From an uncultured Bacilli bacterium (lineage in GTDB: Bacteria > Bacillota_I > Bacilli_A > RF39 > UBA660): a stretch of DNA of 64,000 bases. How positions within the stretch are numbered: the stretch's first letter is position 1; each line of letters starts with the position of its first letter. The notes beneath the pieces were generated by a model. The model was given only the letters and a program-made list of their open reading frames with translations. It had not been told where the DNA came from and made no database searches. Shown one piece after another: positions 49,958 to 59,788 of the stretch. The stretch is from the NCBI GenBank assembly GCA_947629815.1, contig CANRFG010000002.1:7539-71538 (forward strand). Direction: 5' to 3'. The position numbers were made by a program, and so were the translations under genes.

Positions 49958-50098
49958 ATGAAAAAGAATAAAGATTTAAAAGCTAGAAGCAATGCACAAA
50001 GCAATGCTAAATCAAATGCTAGAACTACATCATCAAATGCTAATGCAAATTCATCTATGAATAGTTCAATGAACGATAATTCATATGATTGCAAATAA
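49958..50098 (+). CDS. possible 46-aa hydrophilic Asn/Ser/Ala-rich small protein (MKKNKDLKARSNAQSNAKSNARTTSSNANANSSMNSSMNDNSYDCK)
   Basis: RBS GGGTGA before the ATG. Composition resembles minor small acid-soluble spore proteins. Not in the ORF track (below its length cutoff). Confidence 0.35.
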   Translation: MKKNKDLKARSNAQSNAKSNARTTSSNANANSSMNSSMNDNSYDCK

Positions 50099-50148
50099 TT
50101 TGATGTATTTTATTACCCACTTAATAAAGGAACTAAATTAGTTCCTTT

Positions 50149-50901
50149 TTAAAATATTATTGAATTAATATACATAAATATTATTCCAATTATAAAAAAT
50201 ATTATTGTTATTTTTTTACAATTATATTTTAATGAAGTTGGAAATAATTCATATAGTGATATATATATCATTATACCTGCAATAATAGAAAAAATAGAGC
50301 CCATTATTACATCATTCACTACCCTACTCAAAAACAAATAGGCGAGTAGAGCACCAAATGGTTCAGAAATTGCAGAAATTAAAGTATAAAATAAGGCTTT
50401 TTTCTTGCTATTTGAAGAATAATATATTGGAATTGATATACTAATACCTTCTGGTATATTATGAAATGCTATTGCTATTGCAAGCGTTATTCCAAGAGAC
50501 ATATCAGAAGTACTTGCTAAAAATGTTGCTATACCTTCTGGTATATTATGTATAATTATAGCAAGCATCGAGAATACCCCTACTCTATATAAATTTCCTT
50601 TTTTATTTTGAACAGGTAATTTTATATTTATATATGATGCTATTAAAATACCTACTACTATAAAAATCAAACATATTAAAATCATTGGTATAGTGTTATA
50701 TTTTGTACTTATTAAATTAACACTTTCTGGTATTAAATCAGTTAATGAAACACATAACATAACTCCTGCTGCAAAAGCAAGTGAACATATTAAAATTTTT
50801 TCATTTTTTTTATGAAAAACAAGTAATGTTCCTAGCATAGTAGAAAATCCTGCAATTGTAGTTAATAAAAAACCATATAATGTATTCATATTATCCCTCA
50901 A
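50149..50901 (-). CDS. zupT: ZIP-family zinc transporter
   Basis: Two HNIPEG metal-binding motifs and eight TM helices. Confidence 0.85.
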   Translation of the reverse strand: MRDNMNTLYGFLLTTIAGFSTMLGTLLVFHKKNEKILICSLAFAAGVMLCVSLTDLIPESVNLISTKYNTIPMILICLIFIVVGILIASYINIKLPVQNKKGNLYRVGVFSMLAIIIHNIPEGIATFLASTSDMSLGITLAIAIAFHNIPEGISISIPIYYSSNSKKKALFYTLISAISEPFGALLAYLFLSRVVNDVIMGSIFSIIAGIMIYISLYELFPTSLKYNCKKITIIFFIIGIIFMYINSIIF

Positions 50902-50953
50902 ATAAATATATGAAACTTATATGATTTTATTATATTTAATTATTTATTTATGA

Positions 50954-51205
50954 TTATTTATTAGTATTATGGTAGTAATTAAATGTAGATAATTGTTCAC
51001 TTACCCACTCTAAATCATCTAGTTCAATATAACTATCATTTAAATAATCTTCTATTTTAAAAATAAGCTCATTTATATTTTTATAATCTAAATAATTTAT
51101 ATTATATTTATTTAATACATCAATCTGTTCATCAGACAAATATATACCATTTTTTCTTTGTTTAATACTTCTTTTATTAAATTCTAACTCAATATTTTCT
51201 TCCAT
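50954..51205 (-). CDS. hypothetical acidic protein (83 aa)
   Basis: ORF only. Confidence 0.4.
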   Translation of the reverse strand: MEENIELEFNKRSIKQRKNGIYLSDEQIDVLNKYNINYLDYKNINELIFKIEDYLNDSYIELDDLEWVSEQLSTFNYYHNTNK

Positions 51206-51292
51206 AATATTATTCCTTATTTTCTCTTATTAGAAAATTCACATAGCGCTACCCAAATAGCTAAAGCTATAATTAAAATATATAACATAACA

Positions 51293-51988
51293 TCACCTTT
51301 TATATTTCTTTATGCTTTTCTTATCTAATTTACTTACTCTATATGAATCATTTATTTTACTAATTGATTTATTTATAATAAATTTATCTAAATTATTATT
51401 TTCAAATAATTTAATAGTTTTATCTTTATATTTTATAAAACAAATAGAAATAAGCCAAGCAACAGCCATTTTTACATAATAATCACTATTATTACATTTT
51501 TTAATTAATTCTATTATATCATCAATATATAAATCATTAATATAATAATTAAGTAATAAAACATATCCAAATCTAACTATCCAATTATTTTTACTTGAAA
51601 TATAATCTTTTATTAAAATAAATCCATTTTCTTGATTTTTTTTAAAATATTTCATGTTGCTAGCAACTATATCATTTACAGCCCAATTATCTATATATTT
51701 TAAATAATCATTTAATAAATCTATATTATTTGTATTTGAAATAACAAGTCCAAGAATTAAAGTTTCCTCATAATATTCATGTTTGTTATTTTTAATAAAG
51801 TCCAAATAATTACCTTTTGAAATAGATAAAGCTATTTTTTTTAATATAGGGGTTTTTATACCTATTAATTTTATATTATCATTTTTTAATAATTTAAAAT
51901 GAAAATCCCTATATTTTTTATCTTGTAATGAAAATAAATAATTTATAAATTCTTGATAATTATTCCAATCAAATGTTTCTAAATTCAT
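51293..51988 (-). CDS. DNA alkylation repair protein (AlkD/AlkC-like HEAT-repeat glycosylase family)
   Basis: Family motif NWAVNDIV and overall helical-repeat layout, 231 aa. Confidence 0.6.
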   Translation of the reverse strand: MNLETFDWNNYQEFINYLFSLQDKKYRDFHFKLLKNDNIKLIGIKTPILKKIALSISKGNYLDFIKNNKHEYYEETLILGLVISNTNNIDLLNDYLKYIDNWAVNDIVASNMKYFKKNQENGFILIKDYISSKNNWIVRFGYVLLLNYYINDLYIDDIIELIKKCNNSDYYVKMAVAWLISICFIKYKDKTIKLFENNNLDKFIINKSISKINDSYRVSKLDKKSIKKYKR

Positions 51989-53337
51989 AAAACACTATTT
52001 ATAAAATTCATAAATTCATTTTGAATTTCATTTAATCTTTCCATAGTTTCTGCTTCAAATCTTAAAGTTAAACAAGGTGTTGTATTAGATACTCTAATAA
52101 GAGCCCATGAATCATTAAATTCAACTCTAACACCATCTGTTTCATTAATATTATAACCTTTAGATTTACAATAATCTTTTACTTTTGAAACAATTTCAAA
52201 TTTTTTAATATCATCTGTATTTACTTTTATTTCTTCTGTTGAATAGTATCTTTTTATATCTTTTAATTCATTACTTAAAGTAGTGTTGTTATTAGATAAA
52301 ATTTCTAACATTCTAAGACCTGCATATATTCCATCATCAAAACCTAAAAATTTATCTCTAAAATATATATGTCCAGAATATTCTCCACCAAAAATATAAT
52401 TTCCTTCTTGCATCATCATATTTATATATGAATTACCTGTTCTATACATTGTTTTTTCTATACCTAATTTATCTAATTCATTAATTAAACTTCTTGAACA
52501 TTTAACATCAAATAACGCTCTTTTATTACCAATTGTATTATATAAATACTTATACATTACAATTAAATAATAATCTGTTTTAATGATATTCCCTTGTTCA
52601 TCAACAAGCCCTACTCTATCTGCATCTCCATCTATTCCTATTCCTAAATCATAATGTAATTCTTTAACCATATTTGATAATTCAATCATATTTTTATTAA
52701 CTGAAGGGTCAGGGTCATGTTTAGGAAAAGTTCCATCACTTTCACAATTAATTAGTTTATATTCTACATTTAATCTATCTAATATATCTTTAATTATTAT
52801 AGAGCCTGTTCCATTACCACAATCTACTACAATTTTAAGTTTTGAACCTAAATTTATAGTTTTTGTAATTAAATTTATATAATCATTTTTTATATCTTTA
52901 TGTATTATATTTCCCATACCTGCTGTAAAATTATTATCTTTAACAAATTGTTTAAATTCAATTATTTTTTCTCCATAAGCATTTCTTTCTCTTTCAAATG
53001 ATATTTTAAAACCATTATATATAGAAGGATTATGACTTGCTGTAACCATAATACCACTATTTATGTTATAAAATATTTTTGAAAAATAGTACATAGGAGT
53101 TGTAACTAGTCCTAAATCTATTACATGTATACCACTTTCTGTTATACCTTTAATTAAATTAGAAGATAGTTCAGGTGATGATATTCTATTATCATGACCT
53201 ACAACAGTAATATCATCTCCCCTATTTTTTATATAACTACCAAAACCTCTACCTATTAAATATGCTTCTTCATTTGTTAAATCTTCATTATAAATTCCTC
53301 TTATATCATACTCTCTAAATATATTATCTTTTATCAT
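51985..53337 (-). CDS. alpha-D-phosphohexomutase (phosphomannomutase/phosphoglucomutase type)
   Basis: Active-site loop GIMVTASHNPSIYNGFK, N-terminal FREYDIRG, metal loop GIGIDGDADR. Confidence 0.85.
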   Translation of the reverse strand: MIKDNIFREYDIRGIYNEDLTNEEAYLIGRGFGSYIKNRGDDITVVGHDNRISSPELSSNLIKGITESGIHVIDLGLVTTPMYYFSKIFYNINSGIMVTASHNPSIYNGFKISFERERNAYGEKIIEFKQFVKDNNFTAGMGNIIHKDIKNDYINLITKTINLGSKLKIVVDCGNGTGSIIIKDILDRLNVEYKLINCESDGTFPKHDPDPSVNKNMIELSNMVKELHYDLGIGIDGDADRVGLVDEQGNIIKTDYYLIVMYKYLYNTIGNKRALFDVKCSRSLINELDKLGIEKTMYRTGNSYINMMMQEGNYIFGGEYSGHIYFRDKFLGFDDGIYAGLRMLEILSNNNTTLSNELKDIKRYYSTEEIKVNTDDIKKFEIVSKVKDYCKSKGYNINETDGVRVEFNDSWALIRVSNTTPCLTLRFEAETMERLNEIQNEFMNFINSVL

Positions 53338-53348
53338 ATAAATCCTTT

Positions 53349-54251
53349 CTAATTTCCACCATGTGGGTGAAATGAATCATAATTTTCTTTTAATTTTTTA
53401 TTAGAAACATGTGTGTATATTTGTGTTGTTGAAATATTGGAGTGTCCTAGCATTTCTTGTATGCTTCTTAAATCAGCGCCACCATTTAGTAAATGTGTTG
53501 CGAAAGAATGTCTTAATGTATGTGGTGAAAAAGATGTTTCTATATTCTTTTCTTTAGCGATTGTTTTAAGTATTTTAAAAAATCCTTGTCTAGTCATTTT
53601 TTTGCCATGATTATTTAAAAATAAGTAATCATTATTTTCTTTTTTTATTAATAAATTTCTATACTCTTTTATATAAATATCTAAATAATATAAAGTGTAA
53701 TCTCCAAGTGGTATTATTCTTTCTTTAGAGCCTTTTCCAATTGTTCTTACAATACAATTTTCTAAATCTAAATCAGTTACTTTTAAATTAACGAGTTCAC
53801 TTACTCTAAGTCCTGTTCCATACATTAATTCTATCATTGCTTTATTTCTATAACTAAATTTATCTTTTAAATCAATATCTAATAGTTTTAAAACTTCTTC
53901 TTCACTTAATACTTTTGGAAGTGTTTTAGTTAATTTAGGAAGTTCCAAATCAAGTGATGGATTATTTTTAATATACTTTTCTATTATTAAAAACTTATAA
54001 AATGACCTTATAACAGATATGGAATGAGCAATTGATTTTTCTGTCAATTCATTTTTTTTCAAATATTTTAAATATTCTTTTATATCAGATGAATTTACTT
54101 CTTTTAAATAAATTTTTTGCTCTTTTAAATAGTCATAATATTTTTTTAGTTCCATTGTATATGAATCAACTGTATTGTTACTATACTTTTTATCTATTAA
54201 TAAATAGTTTTTATATTCTTCTATTTTATTAGTAAATTCTATATCATTCAT
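53349..54251 (-). CDS. tyrosine site-specific recombinase, XerC/XerD family
   Basis: Catalytic R..HxxR..Y region (LRHSFATHLLNGGADLRSIQEMLGHSNISTTQIYTHV). No flanking repeats or mobile-element cargo. Confidence 0.85.
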   Translation of the reverse strand: MNDIEFTNKIEEYKNYLLIDKKYSNNTVDSYTMELKKYYDYLKEQKIYLKEVNSSDIKEYLKYLKKNELTEKSIAHSISVIRSFYKFLIIEKYIKNNPSLDLELPKLTKTLPKVLSEEEVLKLLDIDLKDKFSYRNKAMIELMYGTGLRVSELVNLKVTDLDLENCIVRTIGKGSKERIIPLGDYTLYYLDIYIKEYRNLLIKKENNDYLFLNNHGKKMTRQGFFKILKTIAKEKNIETSFSPHTLRHSFATHLLNGGADLRSIQEMLGHSNISTTQIYTHVSNKKLKENYDSFHPHGGN

Positions 54252-54393
54252 ATCATCACCATAATAATTATATCATGTATTTTTAATTTAATTAAAATTT
54301 ATTTTATACATTTACATATTTAATATAATTAATATTTTATTACTATACCCAATTTATTAAGAAATGTGTTAAAATATAAGAAGTGGTGGTATT

Positions 54394-55605
54394 ATGAATG
54401 AACCTTTAGCTATTAAATTAAGACCAAAAAAAGTAAAAGATGTAATTGGTCAAGAACATTTAATTGGAAAAGATAAAATAATAACAAATATAGTAAATAA
54501 TAAAAAATTATTTTCGATGATTTTTTATGGTAAACCAGGTGTTGGTAAAACAACACTTGCTCTTGCTATTACAAATGAACTTGGTTTTAAATATAGAATG
54601 CTTAATGCTGTTGTTAACGCTAAAAAGGATTTTGATGTTGTTATTGAAGAAGCAAAAATGTATGGTAATATTGTCTTAGTTTTAGATGAAATTCATAGAT
54701 TAAACAAAGATAAACAAGATATTTTACTTCCTTATTTAGAAAATGGTGTTATAACACTTATTGGTATGACTACTTCAAATCCTTATCATAGTATTAATCC
54801 TGCTATAAGAAGTAGATGTCAAATATTTGAACTTAAAGAACTTACTAATGAACATGTAGTTATAGGAATTAAAAGAGCCATAAAAAGTGAATTTTTACCT
54901 AATATAAAAATAGATAAAAAAAGTATTGATTACATCGCCTCATTATCTAATGGAGATTTAAGATTTGCTTATAATTTACTTGAAATGGCTTACTACTCTA
55001 CTAGTGATTTTAATATAAATTTAGATGTTTTAAAAAATATAAATAGTAAACCTGCTTTTTTTCATGATAAAAACGAAGATGGTTATTATGATGTAATAAG
55101 TGCTTTTCAAAAATCTATTCGTGGAAGTGATGTTAATGCTTCTCTTTATTATTTAGCAAGATTAATAGAAGCAGGAGATTTAGATATAATATTTAGAAGG
55201 ATGAGCGTTATTGCATATGAAGATATTGGGCTTGCTAATAGTTCTATGGGACCTAAAGTAGATGCTTGTATAAATGCATGCAATCGTCTTGGACTTCCTG
55301 AGGCTAGAATTCCTTTAGCAGCAACTGTAATAGAACTTGCTTTATCTCCTAAATCTAATAGTGCTTGTATGGCAATAGATGATGCTTTAAATGTTGTTAG
55401 AAGTGGTAATAGTGGTAATGTACCTGATAATATTAAAACTACTTCTCCTGATTATTTATATCCACATAATTATAAAGGTAGTTGGGTAAAACAACAATAC
55501 TTACCTGATAAAATTAAAAATATTAAATTTTATGTACCAAAAAATAACAAATATGAAAATATGTTAAAAGAAGTAATCGATAAGATAGAAAGAAATAGTA
55601 AATAG
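54394..55605 (+). CDS. rarA: replication-associated recombination protein A (MgsA/RarA AAA+ ATPase)
   Basis: Walker A GKPGVGKTT, Walker B LVLDEIHR, and the RarA C-terminal helical domain. Confidence 0.88.
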   Translation: MNEPLAIKLRPKKVKDVIGQEHLIGKDKIITNIVNNKKLFSMIFYGKPGVGKTTLALAITNELGFKYRMLNAVVNAKKDFDVVIEEAKMYGNIVLVLDEIHRLNKDKQDILLPYLENGVITLIGMTTSNPYHSINPAIRSRCQIFELKELTNEHVVIGIKRAIKSEFLPNIKIDKKSIDYIASLSNGDLRFAYNLLEMAYYSTSDFNINLDVLKNINSKPAFFHDKNEDGYYDVISAFQKSIRGSDVNASLYYLARLIEAGDLDIIFRRMSVIAYEDIGLANSSMGPKVDACINACNRLGLPEARIPLAATVIELALSPKSNSACMAIDDALNVVRSGNSGNVPDNIKTTSPDYLYPHNYKGSWVKQQYLPDKIKNIKFYVPKNNKYENMLKEVIDKIERNSK

Positions 55606-55618
55606 AAAGAGGTATTAT

Positions 55619-57241
55619 ATGGAAAAAATATATATATTTGGTCATAGAAATCCAGATACTGATAGTGTTTGTTCTTCAATAGCGTTATCTTATTTAAAAA
55701 ATAAATTAGGAATGAATACAGTACCTGTTATATTAAGTGATATAAACAATGAAACTAAATTTGTTCTTGACTATTTTAATATTAAAAAACCAATGTTTTT
55801 AAATGATGTTAAATTAAAAATTAAAGATACTGATTATAGAAAAAATCATTTTATAAATGCTTATGAATCAGTATATGCTGGATATAAAAAAATGGTAGAA
55901 TCAGGTACTAGTAAAATACCAATTGTAGATGATAATCAAAGATTTTTAAGCGTTCTTTCAATGAAAAATATAGCGACAGACCAAATCGAAGGAAATACAC
56001 AAATACTTACAACTTCATATGATAATATTATAAATACTATAAGTGGAGAATCTTTATTAAAATTTGATAATAAAATACATGGGGAATTAATGATTGCAGG
56101 ATATAAAAGTACTACATTTATTGAAAATATCAAACTTAATAGTGATACTATATTAATTGTTGGAGATAGACATTCAATTATAGAATATGCAGTAAATCAA
56201 AAAGTTAAATTAATTATTTTAACAGGAAACGCAAATATAAAAGAAGAACATTATAATATTGCGCTTAAAAATAATGTAAATATTATAAGAACTTATCATT
56301 CTACTTTTGAAGTCGCAAAAATGATTAATTTATGTAATTATATTTATAAAATATCTACTACTAAAGATGTACTTTGTGTTAACGAAGATATGCCCATAGA
56401 TGAATTTACAAAACTTGCTAATCAAACTAAATTTAGTTATTATCCTGTTATAAGTAAAAATGAAAAATGTCTTGGTATAGTTAGATTATCTGATGTTGGA
56501 TATACTAAAAAGAAAAAAATTATTTTAGTTGACCATAATACAGCAAGACAAAGTGTAGAAGGAATAGAAGAAGCAGAAATTATTGAGATAATTGACCATC
56601 ATAATTTAGGTAATCTTGGTACTTCTAAGCCTATTAATTTTAGAAATATGCCTGTTGGTAGTACTTGTACAATTATATATTTGTTGTTTAAGGAAAATAA
56701 TATTGAAATACCTCCTCATATTGCAGGGTTGTTAATTAGTGGTATATGTTCAGATACAATTATTTTAAAGTCCCCTACTACTACTGATATTGATAGAAAA
56801 GCTATAAATGAATTATCTTATATTGCTTCCATTAATTATAATGAATATGCACTTGAAATGTTTAAAAAAGGTTCTTCATTTATAGGAAAAACTAAACAAG
56901 AAATTTTATATACAGATTTTAAAAATTACCCTATTGATAATAATAAAATTGGTATTTCACAAGTACTTACTACAAATCCTAGTGAAATATTAGATGAAAA
57001 AGATGAATTTATAAATGAAATGAATAATATCAAAAAATCTGGCGAATATTATTTAATTACTATGCTTGTTACTGATATATTAAATAATAATTCTTATATT
57101 TTATATACAGATGGTTGTGATGATATTATTAAAAAAACATTTAATTTAAAAGAAATATATGAAGGAAAATTATTAGAAAATATTGTTTCAAGAAAGTTAC
57201 AAGTTGTACCACAATTATTAGATAATTTAGAAAAAAAATAA
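55619..57241 (+). CDS. CBS-domain-containing family II inorganic pyrophosphatase (DHH-CBS-CBS-DHHA2)
   Basis: DHH motif IFGHRNPDTDSVCS, central CBS pair, DHHA2 motif (DHHN..G). Confidence 0.82.
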   Translation: MEKIYIFGHRNPDTDSVCSSIALSYLKNKLGMNTVPVILSDINNETKFVLDYFNIKKPMFLNDVKLKIKDTDYRKNHFINAYESVYAGYKKMVESGTSKIPIVDDNQRFLSVLSMKNIATDQIEGNTQILTTSYDNIINTISGESLLKFDNKIHGELMIAGYKSTTFIENIKLNSDTILIVGDRHSIIEYAVNQKVKLIILTGNANIKEEHYNIALKNNVNIIRTYHSTFEVAKMINLCNYIYKISTTKDVLCVNEDMPIDEFTKLANQTKFSYYPVISKNEKCLGIVRLSDVGYTKKKKIILVDHNTARQSVEGIEEAEIIEIIDHHNLGNLGTSKPINFRNMPVGSTCTIIYLLFKENNIEIPPHIAGLLISGICSDTIILKSPTTTDIDRKAINELSYIASINYNEYALEMFKKGSSFIGKTKQEILYTDFKNYPIDNNKIGISQVLTTNPSEILDEKDEFINEMNNIKKSGEYYLITMLVTDILNNNSYILYTDGCDDIIKKTFNLKEIYEGKLLENIVSRKLQVVPQLLDNLEKK

Positions 57242-57258
57242 GAAATTTTCTTATTTTT

Positions 57259-57819
57259 TTATATTAAAACATATTGTTTTGAATGATGATGTTTTACTTC
57301 ACTTAATCCTAAATTTTTTATAAGTTTATTATTTAATTCTTGCATTTCAATAGCTATTTTAAGAGAATTTAAGTCTACTTCTATTAAACCTGTATAATTT
57401 AATTTATATAATAAAATATATAAATTATTTATAGTAGTTTTATAAGAAGCACATCTTTTACCAATTATAAATTCAAGTTGTTTTAATTCCTCATATTCTA
57501 TTGTTCCATCAGGGTTTATATATATTTCAACATCTTTACTTATTTTAGTAGTACCTCTTTTAAATGAGAATTTCAATTTATAAGTATATGTACTATTTTC
57601 AAATACATTATAATATGCTCCACTAGAAATATTATAAAGCCATGAATTTTTAGGTGAATGTTCAATTTCAAATTCATTTAAACTACTCATTTTATTTTGA
57701 GTTAACTCATTTTCTTCATAAATTTTATCAATTTCTTTTGGATTAAGTTTAGATAATTCTAATAAATTAAATAATTCATAATTATATTTTGCAATTAATT
57801 GTTCTTCAAAACCTTCCAT
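57259..57819 (-). CDS. hypothetical protein (186 aa)
   Basis: ORF only. Confidence 0.45.
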   Translation of the reverse strand: MEGFEEQLIAKYNYELFNLLELSKLNPKEIDKIYEENELTQNKMSSLNEFEIEHSPKNSWLYNISSGAYYNVFENSTYTYKLKFSFKRGTTKISKDVEIYINPDGTIEYEELKQLEFIIGKRCASYKTTINNLYILLYKLNYTGLIEVDLNSLKIAIEMQELNNKLIKNLGLSEVKHHHSKQYVLI

Positions 57820-57910
57820 TTTTATATTCCCCTTTCAAAAAGACCATGATATTTTAGCATAATAATTAAAAAAAAGCAAATTGAATGTATAAAACATAAT
57901 CATATTTGCA

Positions 57911-58834
57911 TTAAACACTAATTAAAAACAATTCTAAACCAATATATTTATCTTTTTTACCTGTTTTTATTTCTTCATCTAATATAGCTAATTTATATAA
58001 ATTTGATATCAAATCCTTTTCACTATAATTTTTTCCTTTTTCGATAGCTAACTTTATTCTATATGGATGTATATCTAAAATATCTGCTATATCATTACCA
58101 CTATAACCTTGTTTATATAGTCTTTTTGCTTGATAAATAATTCTAAATTGATTAGCGAGCATTACTATTATTTTTATTGGTTCTTCATTCATTTTAATCA
58201 TTTCATTATATATTGATATTGCTTTTTCTTTATCTTTAGATACTATACTTTCTATTAAAGCAAATATATCAATATCTATATTTTTACTTGTTAAATTAGT
58301 TACATCATCTTTTGTGATTATTTTATTATCATCTTTATATATTTTAATTTTTTCTATTTCATTACTTAATATATCTAAATTATTACCTACCCTATCTTTT
58401 AAATAATTAAGTGTTAAAGAATCTATTTTATAATCTCCAAACATATCTTTTAATGTATTATTATCAAAATCATTAAAATCTTTAACTATACCTGTTTTTT
58501 TTATTTCTTTTGTTATTTTTTTTCTTTCATCTAATTTTTCATTATTTACTATAAATATAAGAATACAATCTGGATTTGGATTAGATATATAGTTATTTAA
58601 AATATCTGTATCTATTTCTTGTTTAACACCTGTAAATATATAACTATTGTTTACTATTATAAGTTTTTTATTTCCAAACATATCTATAGTATTTGCATCT
58701 TCTAATATTTTGTTAAGTCCATCATCTAAGTCATATGTAATTATACTAAAATTTTGTATTTTATTTTCTTCTTTTATTTTTTTTATATAATTTTCTATTA
58801 AGTGTGTTTCTTTTCCATATAATAAGTAAATCAT
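57911..58834 (-). CDS. holA: DNA polymerase III delta subunit
   Basis: N-terminus IYLLYGKETHLIENY and the delta-subunit length and layout. Confidence 0.75.
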   Translation of the reverse strand: MIYLLYGKETHLIENYIKKIKEENKIQNFSIITYDLDDGLNKILEDANTIDMFGNKKLIIVNNSYIFTGVKQEIDTDILNNYISNPNPDCILIFIVNNEKLDERKKITKEIKKTGIVKDFNDFDNNTLKDMFGDYKIDSLTLNYLKDRVGNNLDILSNEIEKIKIYKDDNKIITKDDVTNLTSKNIDIDIFALIESIVSKDKEKAISIYNEMIKMNEEPIKIIVMLANQFRIIYQAKRLYKQGYSGNDIADILDIHPYRIKLAIEKGKNYSEKDLISNLYKLAILDEEIKTGKKDKYIGLELFLISV

Positions 58835-58920
58835 TGTTAACTCCTATCTAATAGAATTATAACATTATTTATTTTTTTAATAAACATTTATTGAATAAAA
58901 AATCAAGAAAAAATTCTTGA

Positions 58921-59733
58921 TTATTTTTTTAATTTTTGAACTTTAGCAATTTTTTTTAATTCATTACTTACAGCTTTTTCTTCAATTTTAGAAATAATAT
59001 CATTGTTCATGACTTCAACAATACACTTAATAATATCTTTAGAATCAATATAATATCCTTTTGAAAATATGAGTTTTTCATCAATTATAGAATATCCATT
59101 TGTAAAATTTAATTCATCTGAAATACGACCATCAAAATAATTAGTATATGACTCACTTAATTTTGAACCATCATATTTGTAGAATTTTTTAATTGTTCCA
59201 TCAATATTCAAATAACTTGTTTTGTATGAAGAACATTGAAATTTATTATATTTTTGTTGTAAAACAATCTTAGATAATGGAACATCACCATCATTAAAAT
59301 TAGAAATTTCAACAATAGAAAATAATTTATTAAAATTCTTTAATTCATCTATATTTACAAATTTAAATAAAGGTTTTCCATCATTATTTATTGCTACAAG
59401 CATTTCAAAATTATCATTTATCCAAGTAAGATTACCATTTTTTACAACCATAGCAAATCCATATTTATTAAAATCAGTCGCAATAGTAAATTTATATGGC
59501 ATCAAAAAATCATCTTTTTCTCTTTTATATGAATATAAACCATTCCATAACTTAATAACTTTATAACCATTTGAAAAATTTCTTTTTTCAACAATATCAT
59601 TTACAAGTGATTTTTTATTTTCAGAATTAATTTCTATAAAACATTCGTTATCTCCATTAAAATAATATCTATTTGTAAAAGTATTACCTTTGACAATTTT
59701 ATTTATTATTTCTGGTAATTCTTTATCAATCAT
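58921..59733 (-). CDS. hypothetical WG-repeat-like beta-rich protein (270 aa)
   Basis: Repeated (N/K)GY..I..W/YG-type segments. The start ATG at 59731-59733 has RBS GGGAGG. Immediately downstream of the two-component system. Confidence 0.5.
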   Translation of the reverse strand: MIDKELPEIINKIVKGNTFTNRYYFNGDNECFIEINSENKKSLVNDIVEKRNFSNGYKVIKLWNGLYSYKREKDDFLMPYKFTIATDFNKYGFAMVVKNGNLTWINDNFEMLVAINNDGKPLFKFVNIDELKNFNKLFSIVEISNFNDGDVPLSKIVLQQKYNKFQCSSYKTSYLNIDGTIKKFYKYDGSKLSESYTNYFDGRISDELNFTNGYSIIDEKLIFSKGYYIDSKDIIKCIVEVMNNDIISKIEEKAVSNELKKIAKVQKLKK

Positions 59734-59788
59734 TATAATACCTCCCACAAGATTTATTATACAACCATATATATTAAAAATCAAGAAT

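Noticed and set aside
53349-54251. Xer-family tyrosine recombinase as a marker of a mobile element
   Set aside because: No flanking inverted or direct repeats, no cargo genes, and housekeeping neighbours (phosphohexomutase, rarA). Consistent with a chromosomal dif-site recombinase.
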